From an uncultured virus (IMG/VR IMGVR_UViG_3300044267_003392) (taxonomy: Duplodnaviria; Heunggongvirae; Uroviricota; Caudoviricetes): a DNA stretch of 64,000 nt. Below, one piece after another: positions 10,046-20,176 of this stretch (position 1 is its first letter; each line of letters starts with the position of its first letter). Position numbers and translations under genes: made by a program. The stretch lies in IMG/VR virus record IMGVR_UViG_3300044267_003392, one strand, 5' to 3'. The notes beneath the pieces are model-generated. The model was not told the DNA's origin. It was given only the letters and a program-made list of their open reading frames with translations, and ran no database searches.

Positions 10046-11053
10046 CTACCCTGTCATGTTTTGATAGCCCTGATATGCAGCGAGACCTGAAATTCCAGCT
10101 CCTACAGTCTGCGCCAATGGATTGCTGCCTGGTGCAGTTCCCATTGATATAGCCATGGCTCCAGATGGTACGTTACCTTGATAGATATCAGAAGTAAATC
10201 CTAGTCGTTGGTATGGTTCATAAATTTGTTGCAACTGTTGTTGGTACTGTGCATCCGTTAACTGTTGTTCACGTTGCTGTTGTATTGAACCAGCAGACAT
10301 TAGAGATCCAATATCTGTTAATCCTTGTTGTTGCACTTGACCACCAAGACCAGCCATTTGTTGAGCTGCTGCTCCGTATCTCCCCATTTGATTGTCAAAT
10401 CTTTGTTGCGCCATTTGTTGCGCTTGTCCGTAATTTTGTGCTTGTGCAGATCCAACAGCTAATGCTTGTTGCCTATCTAATTCTGCACGTTGTATTCCTT
10501 CACGTTCTGTGCCAAAAGCACCCTGTGTTCCTGCACCAGCTGCTGCTTGATTTCTAGCTTTTTCAAATTGTTGTTCTATGCCTGCAATAACTTCATCTTG
10601 GAATGGATTCATGTATTGTTGGTATGATGAAGGGTCGTATGCTTGTGTTGCTAATTGTGTTAGTTGTGTTGACTGGTTTAAAAAAGGTTGGTATGCACCA
10701 ATACCAGCTTGTGCTTGTTGAAAAGCTTGTTGTTGTAACGGATCAAACTCTGCTACACCTTGTGTAGGTATATCAACTTGTCCTTCACGCATTCTCTGTT
10801 CTCTTGTAAGATCAGAATACTTTGTGCCTTCAGCATACTTGCCGTCAGTGCCAGTGTATTTGTATTCGCCGTAGCCTTCGTCACCAGGTTTTAAAGTTGG
10901 ATCAACAGCCTCAAAAGGACTCATACCAAACATGGTATATTCTTTTGCGGCATCCATTAAGCCTAGCTTAGCTGCTTCTATTTGTGGCGCGTCACGTTGA
11001 TACGTTGTTTGAAACTGTGTATTCTGTGGACTATCGCCTGCACCAAAACTCAT
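10046..11053 (-). CDS. Gln/Ala-rich DNA transfer (pilot/ejection) protein
   Basis: YMNPFQDEVI and GAFG motifs, Q/A-rich coiled coil, C-terminal glycine-zipper GAGISGLAAY. Confidence 0.6.
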   Translation of the reverse strand: MSFGAGDSPQNTQFQTTYQRDAPQIEAAKLGLMDAAKEYTMFGMSPFEAVDPTLKPGDEGYGEYKYTGTDGKYAEGTKYSDLTREQRMREGQVDIPTQGVAEFDPLQQQAFQQAQAGIGAYQPFLNQSTQLTQLATQAYDPSSYQQYMNPFQDEVIAGIEQQFEKARNQAAAGAGTQGAFGTEREGIQRAELDRQQALAVGSAQAQNYGQAQQMAQQRFDNQMGRYGAAAQQMAGLGGQVQQQGLTDIGSLMSAGSIQQQREQQLTDAQYQQQLQQIYEPYQRLGFTSDIYQGNVPSGAMAISMGTAPGSNPLAQTVGAGISGLAAYQGYQNMTG

Positions 11054-11505
11054 ACAAATCTTCTCCTATATGCGTTCGCAAAATGTTCCATACCTAGACG
11101 TTTTGCCATCGCATCAAATTTTTTTACTGCGTTATCAGAAAGGCGTGGCTCAAAGAGAACTTCACGTACTCCTTTTATCTTAGCCCAATCCATAAATTTT
11201 TTCATCATAAATATTCCTGCCATCCCGTTTCTATGCTTAGGATCTACATACAATTCTAGTTCCTTCGCAAATGTTTCGTAACTATAAGAATACTCTAATA
11301 TCCTTCCAGCCATAAACCCAATTCTTTTGTCACCTTTCTCAACAAGGATCGCAAAATAATTTGGATCTGTTATTGCAACATCAAAGTATCGTTTAGCTTT
11401 GACATCGTTATACTCTACCTCACTCCAGTCAGATTCCTTGTGGTGTTCCTTGCTAGTAGCAATGACCCACTCATAATCTTGAGGTTCTACGAACCTCCAT
11501 TTCAT
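11050..11505 (-). CDS. GNAT-family acetyltransferase
   Basis: Motif A LYVDPKHRNGMAG...WAKIKGV, C-terminal RLGM. Confidence 0.8.
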   Translation of the reverse strand: MKWRFVEPQDYEWVIATSKEHHKESDWSEVEYNDVKAKRYFDVAITDPNYFAILVEKGDKRIGFMAGRILEYSYSYETFAKELELYVDPKHRNGMAGIFMMKKFMDWAKIKGVREVLFEPRLSDNAVKKFDAMAKRLGMEHFANAYRRRFV

Positions 11506-11852
11506 TACTTCCTTTTACTCTCCGTTTTTTTATCGTAATATTTTTTTTGTTTTTCTTTTTGTTTTTTATATAACTCATCAGCAGCTTTTTTTGTTGTTCG
11601 TTTTTTATCTTTTGCTTCTGCACTTTTACTTTTTATTTTTTGTGCACCGTAAGTTGTTGCAGCGCCAGCTGCTACTCCAGACTTAAATCCTGGTTTTTTT
11701 GGTGCTTTAGTAGGCATACGTTCGCCCATTATTTTAGCTCTACGTTTTGCTAGTTCAGCTTGTTTACCTTTAAACTTTGCATAAGGCTTAGTTTTTTTAC
11801 CAAGACTAGCTAGTTTTTTAACACCTGCTTTTAGTAATTTACTTTTTGCCAT
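11505..11852 (-). CDS. Lys-rich basic protein
   Basis: 115 aa, highly basic, TAATG-type coupling. Confidence 0.6.
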   Translation of the reverse strand: MAKSKLLKAGVKKLASLGKKTKPYAKFKGKQAELAKRRAKIMGERMPTKAPKKPGFKSGVAAGAATTYGAQKIKSKSAEAKDKKRTTKKAADELYKKQKEKQKKYYDKKTESKRK

Positions 11853-12989
11853 TTATACCTCACTCATTGTTTCAGATTCTGGATCTAGTTTGTTCATCAT
11901 CTGATACATTTTTTTTGCTCCTGCATAACGATCACCGTTACCGAAGTTTTCCACGGCTTTTGCTGTCATAACAAATTCACCGTCAGATAGTTTTGCATCA
12001 ATCATATCGTCCTTTGGACCACCTGGGCCACTGACGTTGCCGCCCATGTCCATGTTTAGTGATGCTATTCCTCCAGCGTTCATCATCGCTCCAGTGTAAA
12101 ATGGATTGTCCATCTCACCTTCGATTAAACTTTCATCAACACCATATAAAAATGCTAATTCTTTTCTTCTTCTACGTTTAGCTGCTTCAAATTCTTCCTC
12201 CGGCGTGTCACGTCCTGCATATAATCCTGCTGCTTGTGATACTGCTGTAGGTAAAAAATTAGTTGTAAATTCACCTGGTATAATATTACCAGCTTTATCT
12301 CTTACTGCTTTAGTAAATATATCTGCTGAAGGCATTGTCAATGCTTTACCTGGAACTTCTTGTGAGTATAAAAATTCATCTGCAAGACCAGTTGCATCTG
12401 GATTTAATGTTTTACTAAATCCTGGCATAGCATCAGCTTGATTACCCACGTATTGATCTAACGAAGATGGACCCATCATTACTGATTCTGGTGTTCTGCC
12501 AAATAAAATATCTTGTGCTGTTACAGTTGGTGCTGTGTAAGGCACTGTTGTTGGAACTAAACCTGGTGTTGGTGTTCGAGATGGCATGAAGAAACCTTGT
12601 TCTACATCAACAGGATCAAAAGGTATATTTTTCATAGCTCCACCTGGCTGCATTGTTAATGCTTCTTGTGTTGTAGCACCTGCATTTGCTGCGTTAAATC
12701 CTCTTGCGGCGTTTGCTGCGCTTAAATATGAAAACGGTATTGATGTAAGACCTGCAGCCATTGCTGCTTTACCTGGTCTTCTTGATCCACTAAGTGCTGC
12801 TGTACCATAACCAAGTGCTGTTTGTTTTAACGCGTTGGCCATGAGTGGATTCATTCCACTAAATAAACTTCCAATTCCTAATTTTGCACCTAATCCACCT
12901 CCAAATAATGCACTTGCTCCACCTGTAAGCGCCATTGGTAGTGCCATTTGCACTATTGGGTTCTTCATTAATTTACTTAAAAATCCCAT
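11853..12989 (-). CDS. Virion protein with glycine-zipper N-terminus and C-terminal GPG..D.I.A.LSDGEFV motif
   Basis: GGNVSGPGGPKDDMIDAKLSDGEFVMTAKAV resembles the motif seen at the end of tape-measure/ejection proteins. Confidence 0.6.
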   Translation of the reverse strand: MGFLSKLMKNPIVQMALPMALTGGASALFGGGLGAKLGIGSLFSGMNPLMANALKQTALGYGTAALSGSRRPGKAAMAAGLTSIPFSYLSAANAARGFNAANAGATTQEALTMQPGGAMKNIPFDPVDVEQGFFMPSRTPTPGLVPTTVPYTAPTVTAQDILFGRTPESVMMGPSSLDQYVGNQADAMPGFSKTLNPDATGLADEFLYSQEVPGKALTMPSADIFTKAVRDKAGNIIPGEFTTNFLPTAVSQAAGLYAGRDTPEEEFEAAKRRRRKELAFLYGVDESLIEGEMDNPFYTGAMMNAGGIASLNMDMGGNVSGPGGPKDDMIDAKLSDGEFVMTAKAVENFGNGDRYAGAKKMYQMMNKLDPESETMSEV

Positions 12990-13222
12990 TATGATGTTCC
13001 GCCAAATATGTCCGGTAATTTATTAACTGTTATTGCCACGTCTCGCTTTATGTCCTCTTTTGTTGTGCTAGTTTCAGGGTTATTGATGTCGTTTTCTGCC
13101 TCTGTTTCGTCAGCATAAACCTTCCCTGTTGTTGCGTGTTTGATAGTAGATTTAGTATCTATATCGACAGCAGGTAATGTTGGTTTTCCTGCCATCACGG
13201 TAATATCGTCTTTTATAGCCAT
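12989..13222 (-). CDS. Hypothetical protein
   Basis: 77-aa ORF, AAGGAG RBS. Confidence 0.65.
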   Translation of the reverse strand: MAIKDDITVMAGKPTLPAVDIDTKSTIKHATTGKVYADETEAENDINNPETSTTKEDIKRDVAITVNKLPDIFGGTS

Positions 13223-13243
13223 TTTTTCTCCTTATTGCAATAA

Positions 13244-13570
13244 TTAACTTATCTCTAACACACTTAAAATAATGTGTAAATCATTAGCATTTTGAGCTGT
13301 AGCCTTAATAACTTCTGATTCTTTTAAAACCAAAGCAGCTTTTAATATTTCGTCAGATGTTTTAGCAGCTATGCTTTTATCTTTTTCTAAAGAAAATGCA
13401 GCTGAATTAGTGTCTGTTAAAGTTATGGTTAACGTACAAGCATTTGATGGATCATCATTTGACAAACGAATAGAACGTACAATTGCAGTAGTTTCACTAG
13501 GAACTGTATAAACAGTTGTTTCGCTGTTTGTTGAAAGATCTACTTTATAGTTTGTGTATACGTTAGCCAT
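13244..13570 (-). CDS. Small beta-rich tail/virion protein
   Basis: VYTVPS..TAIV.SI.LSN pattern; paralogous in style to 25040..25402. Confidence 0.55.
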   Translation of the reverse strand: MANVYTNYKVDLSTNSETTVYTVPSETTAIVRSIRLSNDDPSNACTLTITLTDTNSAAFSLEKDKSIAAKTSDEILKAALVLKESEVIKATAQNANDLHIILSVLEIS

Positions 13571-13950
13571 TATTTAGTTGCCAACAAGTATCTAACTTGT
13601 TTTTGTAAAGCACTTACTTGTGTCTGTAAAGTGGTGATGTTTGAATTTGCACTGGTTATAGCATTTGCATTGGTAGTTATATTACTATTTGCTGTTGTTA
13701 TATTAGTTGCATTCGTTGCAATGTTTGTTGTATTTGTAGAAACGTCAGTTTCAATTGAAGCTAGTGCTGTGCTAGGAGAATCTCCCATAAAAAAAGCAAA
13801 AGCTTCATCATCATCACGAAGAGTTTCTGGTGTATAAGTATTATTTAAAGCAAAAATTAATTGATCCAAACTTTGAACCATTTGTGACATTTGGGATTGA
13901 TCGTATTGTTGTGTTGCTTGTGGTAATAGAGGTACTGTTATTTTAGCCAT
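13570..13950 (-). CDS. Tail-needle-like trimeric coiled-coil protein
   Basis: Heptads TNTTNIA-TNATNIT-TANSNIT-TNANAIT-SANSNIT-TLQTQVS, located downstream of the nozzle gene. Confidence 0.5.
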   Translation of the reverse strand: MAKITVPLLPQATQQYDQSQMSQMVQSLDQLIFALNNTYTPETLRDDDEAFAFFMGDSPSTALASIETDVSTNTTNIATNATNITTANSNITTNANAITSANSNITTLQTQVSALQKQVRYLLATK

Positions 13951-14621
13951 TAGATTCCTGGGTTAGTTCCTGCAAGACTTGCTATTCCTTGATTAGGATT
14001 ATTTCCAATAGGAAAAGCATTATTATCTTGTGCTATAGGTTGTGTGCTTACAGATAAATTACCATAATTTGGCTTTGGTGTTTCTCCAATACTTTCTAAG
14101 TATCTTCTAAAATTACTTGCACCGCCTGTATCACCAAATTGTATTGTCTCTCCTTGAGGCGTTGTAACATAACTTACTGCGGCTCCACCTATTCGCATAT
14201 AATCATTTGGATTCTGATTATAAAAATCTTCATAACCTTGTCTGTATCTTTCTGGTATTTGTTGTGGTGCAGTAATTTGATTAAACCGCAAAGGGTCATT
14301 TATTTTATTACCAGGAGCTAATGGCCCTGTGCCTTCAGCGTAACCTGTTCCAGGAATTGCTCCATGTGTACGGTTTCCACCAGGTGGCGAAGTCACATGT
14401 GTACGGTTTATAGGAAACGGATTATTATCTTGAATTGGTTGTATTCCACCAGGTGGCAGACCCATTTGTGGGGATATAGGTTGCATAGTAGAAGGTGGTG
14501 ATGGTTGCGTAGGAGCAAGACTTGCTAACCCCTCTAAAGGTTCTTGTGTAGGTTGTTGTGAAAACTCTTGTTGCATAGGTTGCTGTGCAATTGGATTCAT
14601 ATAAGAAGGATTAAAATACAT
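13950..14621 (-). CDS. Pro/Gln-rich hypothetical virion protein
   Basis: 223 aa, low complexity, GLASL and GIASL motifs. Confidence 0.55.
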   Translation of the reverse strand: MYFNPSYMNPIAQQPMQQEFSQQPTQEPLEGLASLAPTQPSPPSTMQPISPQMGLPPGGIQPIQDNNPFPINRTHVTSPPGGNRTHGAIPGTGYAEGTGPLAPGNKINDPLRFNQITAPQQIPERYRQGYEDFYNQNPNDYMRIGGAAVSYVTTPQGETIQFGDTGGASNFRRYLESIGETPKPNYGNLSVSTQPIAQDNNAFPIGNNPNQGIASLAGTNPGI

Positions 14622-16489
14622 TAACCGCCTCGCATTCCGTCTGGTTTACCGTCAAATCTAAGTGTGCCGTATCGCCACTTATCATCAACAGCATCACTAG
14701 ATACGCGTAGTGCAAGTTGTCTTCCACGTATACGTGTATCTTTTTTAGTTGTCGTTGTTTCTATTTCAAATGGTCCGTGTGTTCTTTGTGTAGTGCTTGG
14801 ATAAGGACGAGATTTAATTGTTAAATCTACATTACCAATTTGGTTTTTAAAGTCAGGTATAATTCTAGATATAGATATAAATTGATCACCATCGGCAATA
14901 TCAATATCACCTGATTCAATGTGACAATTCATAGCAGAACCATCATTATTAACTCCTTCTTCATGTGCATACACAAATGTACGTCCTTCTTTAACACCAT
15001 TAATAGTAGAAATGGTTGCAGTTGTATCATCAGAATCAAATTCTGCTGCATAAGGATTAGAATATACACCACGGTCTGCCCAAGAACTACGTGCCAATGT
15101 TCCAACATACCATAATTTTTCTGCATAATTATAAGTTACATGTCTATCTATTTGTAAAGAATTACCTGATGGATAAAACCACATAACTTCGTTAAAATCT
15201 GAATTAACTGCACAAAAAACATCTCCAAGTGCATTTGTATTTATATCGTCAAACACATAATCTTGTACGCTGCATGGTATTTTTTTAACTGCACCATCAA
15301 ATTGGAAAAAAGAATCATTACCCATCCAAAATGAAATACCACTAACATCAACAGCAGAATTAATTCCTACAGCGCCACAATTAGAACCTAGTTGTTTAAA
15401 ACCAAAAGTAAATGGAGGTCCTATAAATTGCATTTGATACAAAGCTGTATCTGTGTAAACAAGTATTGCACCCCTAGATCTAACTGCTGTTTGTATTTGA
15501 TTACCATCTGTCAATCTTTGTGATCCTGCAGTATTTGTTGCTGTTGGTGTCCAATCAGTTGTTGATTCTTGATCAGACCAACGTATAAACATATTGTCTT
15601 GTGTAGATGTTGTTCCTATTGTTGTTTCTGTACCAAAACAAATAACGTGTCTATCATCACCAGAAACTAACATAAATTTTGATTTGGTTGGTGCACCAGA
15701 AACATTTGTTCGTGATGCTAAATTACTAGATAAACCTGATGATGTATCCCAATAATATATACTACCGTCAAATTTTTGTGCTAGCACATCTTCTCCCCAG
15801 TTATCAAATGTCCATTTAGAAGATTGAAGTAAAACACCTTCAGCACCAGTTAAGCCTTCACGTGATGTATCCCATGTAGATGCATTCCACGTACCAGCAC
15901 CCCATCCATATCCATATATAGATGTTGGTTGTCCTGTGTTAATTTGGTAAGTTGCATTTGCTGTGGCACCTGTTGTTGACGAGGTAGCTGCTCCACCTGC
16001 AACTATTGTATATGTATTAGCGCTAGGAACTGTTTGTATTTCAAATTCACCTTGTAAATTAGCAGCAGATATACCTCCTACTGCACCACTAACACTGGCA
16101 ATAGTAACAAAATCTCCTATTAATGCACCGTGATCTGCATCCGTTACAATAACTGTTGTTGATTCATCTGTTGTTTCAAATTGTGTTATGTTACCTGTGC
16201 CTGTGGCACGTGTTGGTGTAATATCAGCGTATTCGCTATCTGAATAAGCATACACTTTTTTATTAGTACCGTATATGGCGTAATTAACACCTTTTAAATC
16301 TGAATATGTAAGTATTGCACGTGTTGCGCCAAGCAAAGCAGCGCTTGTTACTTTTGTCCAACCACCTATTTTTTCTGGCTGACCGTAACGAAAACGAATA
16401 TTATCACTATCGACCCATCTGCCTTCTGCACCGTACTCGGTATTTTGTTTATCTATACCTGGGGCAATTTGTAGTTTAGTTAGTGGCAT
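14621..16489 (-). CDS. Tail nozzle / packaged-DNA stabilisation protein (P22 gp10 / tail tubular B-like)
   Basis: Start reassigned to MPLTKLQIAPG. FIRWSDQE...W, beta-propeller-like repeats, C-terminal RIRGRQ...WRYG. Confidence 0.7.
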   Translation of the reverse strand: MPLTKLQIAPGIDKQNTEYGAEGRWVDSDNIRFRYGQPEKIGGWTKVTSAALLGATRAILTYSDLKGVNYAIYGTNKKVYAYSDSEYADITPTRATGTGNITQFETTDESTTVIVTDADHGALIGDFVTIASVSGAVGGISAANLQGEFEIQTVPSANTYTIVAGGAATSSTTGATANATYQINTGQPTSIYGYGWGAGTWNASTWDTSREGLTGAEGVLLQSSKWTFDNWGEDVLAQKFDGSIYYWDTSSGLSSNLASRTNVSGAPTKSKFMLVSGDDRHVICFGTETTIGTTSTQDNMFIRWSDQESTTDWTPTATNTAGSQRLTDGNQIQTAVRSRGAILVYTDTALYQMQFIGPPFTFGFKQLGSNCGAVGINSAVDVSGISFWMGNDSFFQFDGAVKKIPCSVQDYVFDDINTNALGDVFCAVNSDFNEVMWFYPSGNSLQIDRHVTYNYAEKLWYVGTLARSSWADRGVYSNPYAAEFDSDDTTATISTINGVKEGRTFVYAHEEGVNNDGSAMNCHIESGDIDIADGDQFISISRIIPDFKNQIGNVDLTIKSRPYPSTTQRTHGPFEIETTTTKKDTRIRGRQLALRVSSDAVDDKWRYGTLRFDGKPDGMRGG

Positions 16490-17477
16490 AGAATGGTATC
16501 CAGTAATCTGTTCCATTTACATTAACACGAACATGCCCTGTTAATGATCCTACACTTGTATCCGTTGTTATGCTTGATGATTGATCTGATGCACTTGTGC
16601 CATCAAATTTAATAAATTCTTGATCTGTATCATCTTGATCTAAAGATAGACAAGCAATAGCACCAGAAGAATTTGATTGATTTATTTCTACCATTGCATC
16701 TGATGGATCTTGACAACCAAAACCAACTTTATCAGCTGAACCGTCAATAAAGAAAGCGTCATCTAATCCATTTGTTTCACATCTAAAATCTAAAGAAGCA
16801 GAACTATCATTCCAAGTAAATCCACCTCCATCTAAATCAACAGCACCAGATATTTTTGCTGCTCCTGTTACATCTAAAGGAACTGAAGGGCTGGCATTAA
16901 ATATACCTACACGATCATTTCCGGCATCTACAAAAATTGCGTTAGCATTACCATTAGATTCAATTCTAAAATCAACATCTGCTGAAGATTCATTAAAAAC
17001 AAATGTGCCACCGTCAAGTGATACATTACCAGCTACTGCTAACGTTCCGTTTGCAGTTATATTTCCACAATCAGCTAAAACATCAAACATTGTTGAGCCA
17101 TCAGAATATAAAATATGTTTTGATCCTGCTACAAGATTTGCTGCAGTGCCCCCAGCAGGTTTAAACCCTAGTGTATAAGAGCTCATGCTTGTTGCATTAT
17201 CAACAATATACCATGTCTCTACGGCTTCTGATTGTATAGTCGTGTTACCAGATAATGTACCTGTTAATTTAATTATGGCATTACTTTGTTCGTCTGTCGT
17301 AGAACCATCCGTTGCTGTTAAAGAATCTGTAGTGCTAGCAATAGCTACAGACACATATCCTTTTGTTGCTGATTCTAATTTTTGTAAATTGTTATTTGTT
17401 TTAGTACCCCAAGATCCTGAGTTTTCACCAGTTGCTTGAAGTTCTAAATTTAAACTGCTTGTATATGTTGATGCCAT
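16476..17477 (-). CDS. Tail fibre/baseplate-type structural protein
   Basis: MASTYT..L.LELQATGENSGSWG..TN.NL N-terminus, repeated DFR(I/C)E.N...(AI/AF)F.D...D.VG units. Confidence 0.6.
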   Translation of the reverse strand: MASTYTSSLNLELQATGENSGSWGTKTNNNLQKLESATKGYVSVAIASTTDSLTATDGSTTDEQSNAIIKLTGTLSGNTTIQSEAVETWYIVDNATSMSSYTLGFKPAGGTAANLVAGSKHILYSDGSTMFDVLADCGNITANGTLAVAGNVSLDGGTFVFNESSADVDFRIESNGNANAIFVDAGNDRVGIFNASPSVPLDVTGAAKISGAVDLDGGGFTWNDSSASLDFRCETNGLDDAFFIDGSADKVGFGCQDPSDAMVEINQSNSSGAIACLSLDQDDTDQEFIKFDGTSASDQSSSITTDTSVGSLTGHVRVNVNGTDYWIPFYATN

Positions 17478-17486
17478 TTATCCTCC

Positions 17487-17951
17487 TTACACGTCATCTA
17501 TTAAAGCTGCTACAATGCAATTTGCTGTTGCATCACCTGCATCACCTATATCAGATGATATAGCATGTATATTTCCAACTGTCACTTGTGGTAATCTTGC
17601 AAACCATGATTCACTAGGACCTATAAATATTCCGTCTGCTAAATCATTTGCTGCAGTGCCACCGTCAATTGATATTACAATTCCATCTGCAGAACTTGTG
17701 TTTTTAATAAATAAAAATTTTACTTTATCGCTTGTGCTAACTGCTGTCATATCTGTGTCTTGGTCAACAGCTGTATAATCAATAAAACGACCAGCAATTA
17801 AATCAGCACTTGTTGTAGTTACTGCTGTAAGTTTATAATACCATTTATCATTAGCATCATCAGGTGACACTGTCATAGATCCTGATATACTTTTTGATAT
17901 TTCATCAGGTAAAATTGTAACGGTTATTGAAACACTTGCATCATCAGCCAT
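17487..17951 (-). CDS. Hypothetical structural protein
   Basis: 154 aa, GGAG RBS, inside the tail operon. Confidence 0.6.
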   Translation of the reverse strand: MADDASVSITVTILPDEISKSISGSMTVSPDDANDKWYYKLTAVTTTSADLIAGRFIDYTAVDQDTDMTAVSTSDKVKFLFIKNTSSADGIVISIDGGTAANDLADGIFIGPSESWFARLPQVTVGNIHAISSDIGDAGDATANCIVAALIDDV

Positions 17952-17959
17952 AATATCTC

Positions 17960-18283
17960 CTAATCAGTTGATCCTGGTTCTACATTTTTCCACGTGGATG
18001 TTTCACTATCATCAGTTGCACTCCATATAAAAAAGTCAAGACTTCCAGCACTAAATGTAATTAAATTTTGAAATGATTCACCAAATGCTGTTTCATCACC
18101 AACACTAAGTGTAGCACCTAAATCTGTTCCTTCAATTGTAACGCCTGCAGAAGCAGCTACTGTTTCAGTTCCTATACTAAAAGTCAATCCGCTTTGAGTT
18201 ACCCCAAAAGAATTGTTGTGTATAGCATCTAAACGTGCATCTTGAAAAGCTTGTTCTGCAAAAGTTGTATGTCCTAATAACAC
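17960..18283 (-). CDS. Hypothetical structural protein
   Basis: 107 aa, GTG start with GGAG RBS, MLLG...FAE.AF N-terminus typical of tail-associated proteins. Confidence 0.55.
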   Translation of the reverse strand: MLLGHTTFAEQAFQDARLDAIHNNSFGVTQSGLTFSIGTETVAASAGVTIEGTDLGATLSVGDETAFGESFQNLITFSAGSLDFFIWSATDDSETSTWKNVEPGSTD

Positions 18284-18296
18284 AATATCTCCAAAT

Positions 18297-18905
18297 TTAA
18301 TTAGTTTTAAACCATGCAGGTAAGCCTAGGAAAGGTCTTCCGTCGTACTTATTCTGTTCTGCGAATTCGCCATTTAGGTCATTATAGTGCAGAAAAACCT
18401 GCCCACAATTGTCACCTTCAAAAGGATCTCTCCAATGTTCTAAATCGCAACCGCGATATATTAACATATCTCCGGGATTTAGCAACACTTTTACCCCTTC
18501 TTTACCTTCGTCTCCAGAAGGTTCTAGATAAATAGGCCATTCATCGCCCCCTAAATTCATGGTACATGAGGTTTCACAAGATGGTCTATCTTTGTGTCTT
18601 TTTAATTCATCACCTTTTTTATATATTCTAGCGTAGGAATATGTTTCAATCAAACTCATTCCTGTTTCTTTTTCCATTATAGGCTTTACTTTTTCTAATA
18701 AAGTTTCCATGGCTGTATCGCCATATATAGAATATGTTTCTGGAATTTGCTCATCGTTCCATATTCCCCAATACTCTGTAAATGGTGATATGTATCTAGT
18801 GTCAAATAGGTGTCTTGCTGCCTTTCTTTTGTTTAAAAAATATTGGTATATAAAATTAGCTAATTCTGCTGTTATTGCTTTTTTAATAACTGTATGTGTT
18901 TTCAT
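18297..18905 (-). CDS. 2OG-Fe(II) oxygenase superfamily protein
   Basis: TYSYARIY..GD.L.RHKDR (HxD), distal HWR, QVFLHY. Confidence 0.8.
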   Translation of the reverse strand: MKTHTVIKKAITAELANFIYQYFLNKRKAARHLFDTRYISPFTEYWGIWNDEQIPETYSIYGDTAMETLLEKVKPIMEKETGMSLIETYSYARIYKKGDELKRHKDRPSCETSCTMNLGGDEWPIYLEPSGDEGKEGVKVLLNPGDMLIYRGCDLEHWRDPFEGDNCGQVFLHYNDLNGEFAEQNKYDGRPFLGLPAWFKTN

Positions 18906-19540
18906 CTAAAAGGCCATCCTAAATTCCAGATTACAAGTGAATAACGTGTGCCCGCTGTAACTGGTTTAACTCGGTGCCACACAAATGAAGGAAAAACTAC
19001 TAAAGAACCTTTTGTTTTAATTTCTTTACATACACGTGGTACATTAGAACCATCATCATTATTTCTAAAATCAAATTCAAATTCTCCACCTTCATATTCT
19101 GAACCATCCACCAAACTTATTGTTGCAGATAGTTTTCTAATTTTACCATGTGTATTTGGATCATTTGGCTTGTCGTATGGTAATTCATTTGAATCACAAT
19201 GCCAATCATAATGTTGTTTTTTTGAGCCTTCGTATTTTGTAAATTGACAAGACTCAGACCAATCCCAATCAAAATTCCAACCTGCACTTTTATTTGCTAT
19301 ATTAATGTAAGGTTGAATTTCTTTGTAAATCCACCGATCATCCATCCAAACTACGTTTGATTTTCTTTTTTTATGTAATTCTTTTATGTCTTTTTCACAT
19401 AAATCTTTAGACTCTACATTACCCTGTTTTCCTGTTAGGGCTACCTGTTCTTGTTGTTCTGATCCGTATTTTATGATTTCATCACAAATACGGTGAGGTA
19501 TTGCTGATTTAAAAAACCAATACTGGTTAGCAAGATTCAT
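18902..19540 (-). CDS. 2OG-Fe(II) oxygenase (prolyl-4-hydroxylase/PKHD-like)
   Basis: YDWHCD (HxD), RKLS, YEGGEF, VFPSFVWHRVKPVTAGTRYSLV.W. Confidence 0.9.
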   Translation of the reverse strand: MNLANQYWFFKSAIPHRICDEIIKYGSEQQEQVALTGKQGNVESKDLCEKDIKELHKKRKSNVVWMDDRWIYKEIQPYINIANKSAGWNFDWDWSESCQFTKYEGSKKQHYDWHCDSNELPYDKPNDPNTHGKIRKLSATISLVDGSEYEGGEFEFDFRNNDDGSNVPRVCKEIKTKGSLVVFPSFVWHRVKPVTAGTRYSLVIWNLGWPFR

Positions 19541-20166
19541 TAATAATCTTCTAACTTAGGCCATTCCCCCAAAGGTCTAGTAACACTTTTATCTTCTTGT
19601 TCTGTATATACATATAATGCTGCTAATTTATCTACAGTGTCAGCATTACCTATCGCAGTTTCCATCTCTCCTGCTTTAGTTCTTACTGCTGCTCTAAAAT
19701 TAGTTATGCTAGAAGGAACCGCTGTTCCCGCATCTGCTTTACGAATTACATACCAATCACTATCTTGTAAAAATCCTGCTGCTTGCGTTTTAATTACTTG
19801 TTTATGTATATAAGTTAAGCCTCTTGTTTTAATAGTATTAGTATCTGCTCCAGTTGGTGCTTCACCATCATCAATTTCTTTTTGTGTCCATTTTATGTCA
19901 GTTAAAGATTTTGCTGTAGCAGTAGCCCATACACGAGTTACTTTTCCACTACCAAAAGATATGGTATCTGCACCGTTAACATAATATTCTGGATCTTTAT
20001 AATTAGTTTTATCTTGAACTACTTCATAAACTCCATAATCTTCTTTTTGTTCTTTTGTCCATTCATCAGCGTATTTTGCAGAAAAATAAACACCGGGATT
20101 AGGTTGTAATCTTGTTTGATGTCCATTTATTTGTTTAATTACGCCGTCTTTTACATATGCCCACAT
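19540..20166 (-). CDS. Tail fibre assembly chaperone-like protein
   Basis: Start reassigned to MWAYVK (AAGGAG RBS). L..SDWYVIRK...VP....R.AVR motif. Confidence 0.6.
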   Translation of the reverse strand: MWAYVKDGVIKQINGHQTRLQPNPGVYFSAKYADEWTKEQKEDYGVYEVVQDKTNYKDPEYYVNGADTISFGSGKVTRVWATATAKSLTDIKWTQKEIDDGEAPTGADTNTIKTRGLTYIHKQVIKTQAAGFLQDSDWYVIRKADAGTAVPSSITNFRAAVRTKAGEMETAIGNADTVDKLAALYVYTEQEDKSVTRPLGEWPKLEDY

Positions 20167-20176
20167 AATATTCTCC

